Notes under the pieces: generated by a model
What the model was told of the DNA's origin: nothing
The model's input: the letters and a program-made list of their open reading frames with translations, nothing else
The model's database searches: none
Shown here: positions 55,201 through 64,000 of the stretch, piece after piece
Numbering within the stretch: position 1 is the first letter of the stretch
How the letters are laid out: every line of letters begins with the position of its first letter
Made by a program: the position numbers and the translations under genes
From: the human T2T-CHM13v2.0 reference genome, Homo sapiens
DNA length: 64,000 nucleotides
Reading direction: 5' to 3' (one strand)
Assembly (NCBI RefSeq): GCF_009914755.1
Contig: NC_060929.1

Positions 55201-57679
55201 CTGGCAGGGTCACATGGAGGCAGGGGACCCTTGGCCCCAGGGTGGTCGTCTTCCCAGGAGGTCCGCCTGTCAGGTCAGAGGGCAGCAGGAGGCCACCCCA
55301 CCTCCCCGGGTTCCCTCGAGCATTCCTTTGTCAGGAGCAGCTCCCCCAGGATCCAGGCATCCCTGGCCCCCCTTTGCCCCCGCCCTGCTCTCAGGAGCCC
55401 CCTGCCAGGTGCTCTGACCACAGGAAACAGGAGCCCTCAGGGCCACTGCCAGAGGACGGATTCTGCTGCCAACCAGAGGTCCTGGGGCTGGCGGCGCTGG
55501 TGTGCCTGCCCTGGGCCTTCAGCAGCCCCCATAAGGAGAAAGCTCCAGCCTCCCGTTCAGACAAGGCTCCGTCCTGGGGACACGCCTCTCCCAAGGTCAC
55601 CCACGTGGGGGCTTTGTTACTCATGCTTCCCAGACTGCGTGCTGTGTCAGAGTTTTCACACCTGCCTGATGTCCTGGGGGGGCTCACAGAGGACCGACCC
55701 TGCAGGGAGATGCTGACCCACCCTGAGACCCAGGAGAAGAAAACGGCCAGGGTCCAGGCTGCTCCCACCATCCCTGGGGGATTAGCACCTTGGCTGAGCC
55801 CGAACTGACCACCTGGGGCGTAGGTCCAAGATTTAATTACAAAACGATAGGTGAATGTGGGTTCTGTGTGCCTGTGACATAGAGAATGTTTTCCACACCG
55901 CGTGTGAAATGACGAGAGCTTTTGTGTCACACGTAGCTGCTACGAGACAGACGCTCTCGTTCCGGATCAGAGCAGCAGACAGAACTGGCACTTTTAGGGT
56001 CCAAACCCTGTTGCCCACAGAACGCCCATGACACCAGCTGGGTGGAGCTGCCGCCGAGTCCACGCCCCGTCTGGCTGGGACCTGGAGCTCCCCTCAAGCT
56101 GCAGATCCACTCTGCACCACAAGGTGGCCTCGCACAGGAGCCTCCCGAGCTTTGGAACCAGAGGCAGGCTCAGCGATGCTCTCCATCCGGCCTGGCCCCA
56201 CCGTGTGTATCAGGTGTCAGAGGCCTTGCTGGGTGCCAGGCCACGTCTGTGCTGTCACAGCTTTGAGGGGCCAGCGGGTCCTAGGGAGAGGCCCGTGCGA
56301 CGTGAGTAACAGCAGTTTTTCTTCTGACAGCTGGGATGGAGGTGGGTCCTCCAGGGAGTGCCCCAGTCCTCGAGAGCCAGACTTGTGCACGGGCCTGGAA
56401 ATGAAGGTCTCAGGCAGGGGCTGCGCACACCGATGGTCAGCATTGCCGTTCGGGGCCTGCAGTCGCCCATAATGGGCCCTGCCCCCTAGGCCTGGCCTCT
56501 TTTGCTTTCCTCCTGGATGGTTCCTCTACCCCTGGTCCAGCAGGGACTCAGCAGTGCCTGCCAGCTGCAGACCCCCATGCTCCTGCAGCCTGGAACCCTC
56601 CTGCCCTCCAAAGGTCATGGGGTGACCCAGGGTGGGAACACCAGACCCCCTCACCCCGTGTCCACCGCCCATGGCCGGGCTCACAGTGTCTCAGAGCCGT
56701 GGTGAGCCATCCTAGGACCAGTGTACCTCACAACCTTTCAGACCAGTGAAGGCCAGTGGGCTGGGTGGTCCAGGCATGTCCCCAACGCAGGTCCAGCCAT
56801 CTCTGCACAGAACTGGAATCTCGGTTCATTTCGGTTTCAGCAGGTCCCATGTAGTTAGCAGGACAGCACTTGAGTTAGGTCTGAGAAAGAACGCCTGTTT
56901 GTCATGGCATTTCCTGTAAGGAGCCCAGAGCCGTGGCCCCAGGTTGGGACGGCGGCGCCAGAGCTGGGCCTGAGTCTGACCCAACCTGTGCTGAGTGGTC
57001 CTGCTGGAATGGGAACCCCAAGAGGACCACCCCTCTCCAAAAGAAGGGAAAACAGTAAGAGAGAGGGAGGCTGCAGGGGCCCAGACCTTGGCTGACCTTC
57101 CTAGCCATGGTCTCCACCCTCCGAGACCCAGGGGCCCCGCAGTGACAGCAGGGTGTTGGGCCACACAGAGCCCGAGTAGGTAAAGGAAGGTTCTGGAAAC
57201 CACTTTTCAGAACCCAAAAGGTGTCTGGGAAATGGCGTTACCTGCCACTGTTGTTAAGTGTTTACTTTGTATCAATACTGAATTGTTAAAAATTTTAATC
57301 ATAAAAACCAATGGAACATGTTTTTCTACTGTGTCCTTCGAGATTCTCTTATCTGGTCCTGGAAAGGGGCCGTGTGTCTGGGGAAACCTCTTGTGCACCT
57401 CATGAGGGGAGCCCGGGGGCCCACATCGGCTGGCCGAGGGCGGCCACCCCTGAAGGGTGGGGTCAGGGCCCACCCACCTCTTCACACACACCTCCGCCTG
57501 CTGGACAGTGCCTGGGCCCCACAACGGAGCACAGTCCCTTCTGCATGGGTCGCCTCCCGGGGAGAGGCATTGCTCAGGCTCAGGGAACAAACTGGGGAGG
57601 GTCAGACAGGGAGGCTGGTGGGGCACCCATGACCAGCACCCTCCAAGCTTGCTCAGCAGCCTTCCCCCTCCCACTGCTG

Positions 57680-57918
57680 TTTCTCTTTCTGTCTCCCCCT
57701 GTCTGTCTGTCTTTCTCAGTCTCTGTCTCTGCCTACCAGTCTCTCTCTCTCTCTCTTAGTCTCTGTCTCTCCCTTTCTGTCTCTCTCTCAGTCTGTCTCT
57801 TTCTGTTTCCCTTTCTCTCTCCCTCAGTCTCTGTCTCTCTCCCTCTTAGTTTCTGTCCCTCTGTCTCTGTCTCAGTCTCTGTCACTCACTTCTCTCAGTC
57901 TCCCTCAGCCTCTGTCTC
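57680..57918. repeat. (CT)/(CTGT)-rich simple repeat
   Basis: Directly visible. Confidence 0.9.
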
Positions 57919-58620
57919 ATGGCCGTGACCCTCCAAAGCCCATGGACACGTGGTGCCCTGTAGTGATGTGTGCAGTGATGTGTGCAGCGATGTGTGCTGA
58001 CCCTGCCCTGAGTGGCAGTGTCACGGGGAGAGGTGAGTGCAGCACCCATCAGCTGTCCAACACGGTCAGTGCTGGGAGTGAACCATCAGGCACCGCCCCC
58101 CAACACAGGTGTATCCCATTCCCTGCAGCTTTCCCTGCCGCACAGGCGGCAGGGTTGCAGACAGGACACTGCAGCTCAGAGAGAGCTGGGGGCTCATCGG
58201 AGGCCATCAGGGAGGCTCCACCTCTCCCAGCCACTCTCTCCCATGGAAAGTAGGGAAGCCACCCCCGCCGGGTCCTTGGGGAGAAGGAAAGGCACAGGGA
58301 AGGGGCAAAACAGCAGCTCCATTCCTGGCCACTCGTCTCACCCCAGATGCGAGGCGAAGTGTGGGAGCGGCCCCAGAGGCCACTGTGGAAAGGGAACTGG
58401 TTACCGAGTGAGGCGCAGGGGCCTGGCCTGTTCTCTGCCCCGTTGACTGGTGGGGGAGGTGCCCAGAGCTGGGCAGTAGCCCCGCTTGGATGGTAAACAG
58501 GACCTGCCCGCTGGCCTCACCGGCCGCCAGCACGAACGCCTGCCAAGACTGGCTTTCTGCAGCATGGAGCACAGGCTTCTCTGCCCAGCCCTGCCATGGG
58601 CACGGGCTGCCTTTCTGTGT

Positions 58621-58725
58621 CGGCTGGGTGCCTGAGCCAAGCAGCTCCCAACGGCTGGGTGCCTGAGCCAAGCAGCTCCCAACGGCTGGGTGCCTGAGCC
58701 AAGCAGCTCCCAACGGCTGCGTGCC
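58621..58725. repeat. 31-bp tandem repeat, ~3.3 copies, in the LRRC14B upstream region
   Basis: CGGCTGGGTGCCTGAGCCAAGCAGCTCCCAA x3. Confidence 0.95.
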
Positions 58726-58739
58726 CCGAGGCCGGGCAG

Positions 58740-58860
58740 ACGCAGGTGTCCCAGGACCAAAATAGCAGTCAGATGATCATAAGGCCCCGTGGCAGGGCCC
58801 CCAGGGCAGGCTGCTCACAGCTGCTGCAGCTAAAGATAGGCGTGAAGGGCACACGCCTTG
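58740..58860 (+). promoter_or_regulatory. Putative LRRC14B proximal promoter with E-boxes and a MEF2/TATA-like element
   Basis: CAGGTG 58743, CAGATG 58770, CAGCTG 58818, CTAAAGATAG 58830-58839, just upstream of the ATG. Motif matches only. Confidence 0.45.
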
Positions 58861-58894
58861 GGGAAAGTCGTGGGGAGCGGTCCTGTCTCGGGCC

Positions 58895-59793
58895 ATGGAC
58901 ACAATGAGGTCACTCCGCTTCATTTCTGCAGAAGCTCTGGTGTCCCACCCCCAGGTGGCCCGGCAGAGCCTGGACAGCGTGGCCCACAACCTCTACCCAC
59001 TCCTGTTCAAAGCCAGCTACCTGCTGGAGCAGGCGGAGGTGACGCGCGCGGTGCTGGGGCGCTGGCCCCTGGAGGAGTTCCGGCTGGGAGCGCTGCTGGG
59101 TCCTGGTGCCGACCACCCCCAGGACCTGCGCGACAGAACCTGCAGGGCCTGCCTGGAGGCGCTGGTGCGCGGCCTCGCGGACCACGTGCTGCAGGACCGG
59201 AGCCGCCGGCGGCTGCGGGTGGCTGACCTCACGGGCATCCGAGATGTGCAGGTGCAGCGGTGCCCGTGCGGGAGGGCGCTGGGCAGGTGGGGCCGCACCC
59301 AGCTGCTGGCCAGGACCTGCTGTGAGCTGCAGGCAGAGCCCCTCGCAGCCGGGCGCCCCGTCGAGGTCCTCGCCGACCTCTTCGTCACTGAGGGCAACTT
59401 CGAGGCGGTGGTGCAGGCTCTGAGGCCAGCGGGCCCGGCCCCTCTGCGGGTGCACTGCCCCTCGTTCCGGGCGGACAGCCTGAGCCCCAGCCAGCTCCTG
59501 CACGTGCTGCGTCTGGCTGGCCCGGGTGCCCTGCGCAAGCTGGAGGTGGTGCACAACGTGCGGCTGCATGCGGGCCACGTGCAGCAGCTTCTGGCCCAGG
59601 TGGGCTTCCCCCGGCTGGCCTCGCTCACCCTGCCCACCAAGGCCTTTGATGCACCCCCCACCTACGCCTCCACTCCCGACGGCGAGGACCCCCTCCTCGC
59701 CTCCATCGCCCGGGAGCTCAGCAAGATGGCGCAGCTCACTGAGCTCAGTGTGGCCTTCTCCACGCTGACCGGGAAGATCCCGACGCTGCTTGG
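58895..59793 (+). CDS. LRRC14B: LRRC14B coding exon 1 (PRAME/LRRC14 family LRR protein), CpG-rich
   Basis: Kozak gccATGg; MDTMRSLRFISAEALV...LYPLLFKASY...WPLEEFRLG...LRVADLTG, a PRAME-like N-terminus; donor GG|GTGAGT, phase 2. Confidence 0.95.
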
Positions 59794-60399
59794 GTGAGTC
59801 TTGGGGAGGGGACTGAGGGCGGGCTGGTGGCTGCAGAGGCAAGGAGAGATCGTCCAGGGGCCTGCTCATGTCCAAGGCCATGAGGCTACACGGCCTCCAG
59901 CCTCTCACTCCGGGTGTGGCCACAGCCACAGGACAGCGGCCCCGCCAAGGGGCAAGAGCACCGAAAGTCAGAGCCACCAGGAAAGAAGCGGGCTGCCATG
60001 TGTGACTTAGGGATGTGGAGAGAATGCCAGTTAAAAAAAGAGAATACGGAAATTACCAAACAGACGAAACAGAAGTGCCTACATGGTGTGAGGAGTTGTC
60101 TATTGTTGATGAACGACTCACCCCAACACTTGGGGGCTTCAAACAGCAAACACGATTTCAGCTCAGAAATCTGAGCCTGTCGGTGCCTTTGGCTCAGGGC
60201 TGCTGTTGGCCAAGGGTGCCATCTCATCCGAAGGCCTGACAGGGCGGGATCCTCCCAGTCTCCCTCGAGGGAGGCCTGGGCTCCATGCTGCATGGACCTC
60301 CCCATGGTGGGACAGGAGGCTTATGCAGGATCCTCTCAGCAGATCTGCGTGAAGGAGGCAGAGAGGGCAGCAGCTAGGAAGGGGCCAGGCCAAGGCAGC

Positions 60400-61130
60400 C
60401 TCAGGCAGTGGTGAGGGGGATGCCCGGCGGTGGGTCCAAGGGGGGTGCCCAGCAGTGGATCCTGGAGGGGGAGTGCCTAGCGGTGGGTCCAAGGGGGGTG
60501 CCCAGTGATGGGTCCTGGGGAACGGGGTGCCTGGCAATGGGTGCTGGGAGGGAGCCTGGTGGTGGGTCCTGAAGGAGGGGCAGCTGGCGGTGGGTATTGG
60601 GGTCACCGGGTGATGGGTCCTGGTGGGGCAACCTAGCAGTGGGTCCGGGGGGCACCCAGTTTTGGGTCCTGGGGGTGGGACCTGGCAGTGGGTCTAGGGG
60701 GAAGGGGTGCCTGGTAGGTACTGGGGAAGCACCTAGAGGTGGGTCCTCAGGTGCTGGGGGGTGCCTGGCGGTGGGTTCTGGGGGCTGGGGGCACATGGCA
60801 GTGGGTCCTGGTGGGGCGTTTGGCAGTGGGTTTTGGGGAGAAGTGCCTGGCGGTGGTAGGGGTGCCTGGTGGTGGGTCCTGAAGTGGGGGCACCTGGTGG
60901 TGAGTCCTGGGGTGGGGGGTGGCTGGCTGTGGGTCCTGGGGTGGCACCAGGCAGTAGATCCTGGTGGGGGATGCCTGGCGGTGGGTCCTGAAGGATGGGG
61001 GTGCCCTGCGGTGGGTCCTGAGGGATAGAGGTGCCCTGCGGTGGGACCTTGGGCAGGGGGCATGCCTGGCGTGGTTTCTCAGGTGGGACAGGGGCACCTG
61101 GCAGTGGTCCCAGTCCTGGGTGGGGAGGGA
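60400..61130. repeat. G-rich degenerate minisatellite in the LRRC14B intron (GGGGTGCCTGGCGGTGGGTCCTG)
   Basis: Directly visible. Confidence 0.88.
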
Positions 61131-61502
61131 CATGTCCTGGGCGGGACATGCAGGTGGGTGCAGGTGCAGGTGGGTGAAGAGTGAGGCAGCCTCCTAAGGA
61201 GAGGGTGGGGATGGGGCAGACCCCAGCTGTGTCCCCCGGCTCAGCGAGGACAGTGAGGCCATGTCCCGATGCAGTTCTGCTCTGGAGATCTCCCTTAGCT
61301 CAGAACCAGAGTAGGTCTCACTCCAACTGCCCCTGTATTAGAGCTAGGCTGCCCTACACCAACCAAGTCAGAATATGGGATGTGGGGCAAGTTGGGGGGT
61401 CTTTAGGGTTCCCAGGTGAGTCAAAGGCTGTACTGGAAGCCTCCATGGCCCTTCCCAGCTCTGAAACCATGCGGGATTCATCTTTGTCAGAGTGGAGCGG
61501 CA

Positions 61503-61750
61503 CTGTCCTGTGGTCTCACTGCCCCCCGCCGTCTGCTTTCTGAGCTGACATTCTGTCCTGTGGTCTCACTGCCCCCCGCCGTCTGCTTTCTGAGCTGACA
61601 TTCTGTCCTGTGGTCTCACTGCCCCCCGCCGTCTGCTTTCTGAGCAGACATTCTGTCCTGTGGTCTCACTGCCCCCCGCCGTCTGCTTTCTGAGCTGACA
61701 TTCTGTCCTGTGGTCTCACTGCCCCACCCCGTCCACTTTCTGAGTGGACG
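61503..61750. repeat. 50-bp VNTR, ~5 copies
   Basis: CTGTCCTGTGG at 61503, 61553, 61603, 61653 and 61703. Confidence 0.95.
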
Positions 61751-61859
61751 TTCTCGTGGTCACATGCATCACTTTTCTCAGACAACACAAAAGCAGCTGT
61801 TGACAAAACAAACTTACCATTTAGGTGCTGAGGACAAAAGCCAGACCTCTGGGTATAGC

Positions 61860-62070
61860 TGACTTCACCACGTGGCGGCCGGCAGTCATGGCCAACACTA
61901 AGCGAATGCACGTGGTTGTGCTCTGGTAAAATGTTATTTATGGACACCGAGTTTGAATATCATGTAACTTTTCACGTTTCACAAACTATTATATAAATAT
62001 AACAACCACTCCTAGCTCATAGGCTGTATGAAATTAGGCGGTGGTTGGACGTGACTGTGTGTTGACCCCA
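61860..62070. mobile_element. MER58-like hAT-Charlie fragment
   Basis: aatg...gtggttgtgctc...aaaatgttatttatggacac.ga.tttgaat.tcatgtaa.ttttcacgt. Confidence 0.6.
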
Positions 62071-62163
62071 TGATGGACAAATGGGTTGTTCCCATTCGCC
62101 TGAGCCCTCGGCTCCTTCCTGGGACCCTCCTCTCACCTGTGCTCTTTCCCCCGTGTCCTGCAG

Positions 62164-62809
62164 CCCCCTACAGACCCCGCTGCGAGTACTGGACCTGGCC
62201 AACTGTGCCCTGAACCACACGGACATGGCCTTCTTGGCAGACTGTGCCCACGCTGCCCACCTGGAGGTGCTGGACCTCAGTGGACACAACCTGGTCAGCC
62301 TGTACCCCTCGACCTTCTTCAGGCTGCTCAGCCAGGCTTCCCGGACGCTGAGGATCCTGACACTGGAGGAGTGTGGCATCGTAGACAGCCACGTTGGCAT
62401 GCTGATCCTGGGCCTGAGCCCCTGCCACCGGCTGCGCCAGCTCAAGTTCCTCGGGAACCCGCTGTCGGCCCGCGCCCTCCGGCGCCTCTTCACCGCACTC
62501 TGTGAGCTCCCCGAGCTGCGCTGCATTGAGTTCCCGGTGCCCAAGGACTGCTACCCCGAGGGTGCCGCCTACCCACAGGACGAGCTGGCCATGTCCAAGT
62601 TCAACCAGCAGAAATACGACGAGATCGCCGAGGAGCTGCGTGCCGTGCTGCTGCGGGCTGACCGAGAGGACATCCAAGTCTCCACACCTCTCTTTGGAAG
62701 TTTTGACCCAGACATTCAAGAAACAAGCAATGAGCTTGGTGCTTTCTTGCTGCAAGCTTTCAAAACTGCTCTAGAAAACTTCTCCAGAGCACTCAAACAA
62801 ATAGAGTAG
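62164..62809 (+). CDS. LRRC14B: LRRC14B coding exon 2 (LRRs, TAG stop); spliced total 514 aa
   Basis: gtgtcctgcag| PLQTPLRVLDLANCAL...LEVLDLSGHNL...LRILTLEECGI...LRQLKFLGNPL, with LxxLxLxxN/C repeats; 899+646 = 1545 nt. Confidence 0.95.
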
Positions 62810-63767
62810 TTCCTCCACTCGCACCAGTGACAGGTCTTGCATTTCAGTCTGCAGGTGCCCCGGGCTTTAGTCCTGGATCTGAGGCTTGGGCCCGGCATTC
62901 ATCCCCACCACCACCACCACCAAAAGCAGTTCTTAGTGAAAATTGTAGGCGAGCCTGTTAAGCGTTGTAGAAGAGGAAGCCTTCCAGGAGAGGTGCCATG
63001 CGGTGCCCTTTAGTGGCAGCACGGCAAGGTTCTGGAGGCGGGGGAAGCCACCAAGAGACAGTGACAGGGTCAGCGTGGGCAGACGCCACATGGCAAAGAG
63101 CAGAGAAGCCCGGGAGGTGTGAGGAGTGGCCGACCTGGCCTCAGCGCATCTGGGCACTGGGCGCAAGATGAAGCTTCAGGGGGCAGATGTGACTGGGCTC
63201 CACAGCAGGGAGGGGGAGGGGAAGAGAGAACACATCACAGAAACTGCACAAAATAAGCAGCCCATGAAAAACAACCGAGAAAAAGAGGCGAAAAATGAAC
63301 AGCAAACCGGACCCTGCTTCCTCCAGCAGGAGGCTCCCACCCACTGCTGGTCACAACCCGCTGTCTGGACCTGCCGCTTATGGGATGAGGTGGGCCTGCA
63401 GGGAACGCGGGGCTTCTGGTTGCTGTTAGTGGTGGCTTTTCTTCTCACTTTGTGTAGCCCCCAGAACCGTGAGGGGCATCCGAGTGGGTGAGCACAGGCG
63501 TCCGCTGAAGAGCCGCCTGGACCAGGGCGGTCAGCGCTGCGGGGAGGCCTTTGCCCGACCGCGCCACTGTTTCTCACCAACATTCACTGTGTCCTGCGAG
63601 GCTTGAGGCTTAGACTGACGGGAGCTATTCCGGGTGTTTAACTGAAGGTCTAGCACTTGACCAGCCCCTGGAGGAGCTGACAACCACCTAAGACACATTT
63701 GGACTTGGTGTCCACCAAGAGTGACTTTGTGCAAAGAAATGGCTGAGCACTAGAATAACTAAATGCA

Positions 63768-63773
63768 AATAAA
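63768..63773 (+). terminator. AATAAA poly(A) signal, probable LRRC14B 3' end
   Basis: Canonical hexamer ~960 nt after the stop, followed by U/GU-rich sequence. Confidence 0.7.
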
Positions 63774-63904
63774 ATGCGTCTTTCAGTGCAGTTCAGACAG
63801 GTCAGTGCTTGGTGTGGTTAAGTCGTTCTCAGACCCAAAACCAGGGATCTGAGTCACTGTGTGTCCATGGCTCCGCTCAAAAGTCACACCTCATGACAGC
63901 GCCC

Positions 63905-64000
63905 ACCACGGGTGTGTCCCCACCCCAGGGGCCCCATGTCATCCCCTCCTCAGGTGTCACCCCCTCCCCGAGTGTGTCCCCAACCCGGGGGCCCCCATGT
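63905..64000. repeat. Start of another GC-rich tandem repeat running out of the window
   Basis: gtgtgtccccac...gggcccc.atgt recurs. Confidence 0.6.

Noticed and set aside
52700-57200. Numerous 100-190 aa ORFs suggesting a hidden gene between PLEKHG4B and LRRC14B
   Set aside because: Overlapping in all frames, compositionally typical of GC-rich non-coding DNA, with no motifs or consistent exon chain.
58910-59977. 355-aa antisense ORF over LRRC14B exon 1
   Set aside because: Expected shadow ORF of GC-rich coding sequence; no recognisable domain.

Overview
This is mammalian genomic DNA, almost certainly human; gene content points to subtelomeric chr5p15.33. The + strand carries 18 coding exons of PLEKHG4B, a Sec14/spectrin/DH-PH RhoGEF, from 6470 to the stop at 49680. 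I assembled them by hand through GT-AG junctions into one open frame of 4641 nt (1546 aa + stop); the 5' exons lie upstream of the window. A long (~7.6 kb) 3' UTR follows, then the complete two-exon LRRC14B gene (58895-62809, 514 aa, PRAME/LRRC14 family). The introns are dense in L1, Alu, LTR and DNA-transposon relics and in GC-rich minisatellites. Most ORFs in the supplied track are repeat or GC artefacts. I found no new multi-gene system. The best leads are: (1) a likely dead PLEKHG4B spectrin-repeat exon at 29279-29386 with TAG where a Trp is expected; (2) a ~2.2 kb, 28-bp GC-box minisatellite born inside a MER1B transposon; (3) a probable chimeric Y1 RNA-Alu retrocopy; (4) tandem repeats sitting on or next to splice donors and the stop codon; (5) BC-box/Cul2-box-like motifs in LRRC14B. 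Gene and repeat-family names come from my recognition of the sequences, not from database searches.
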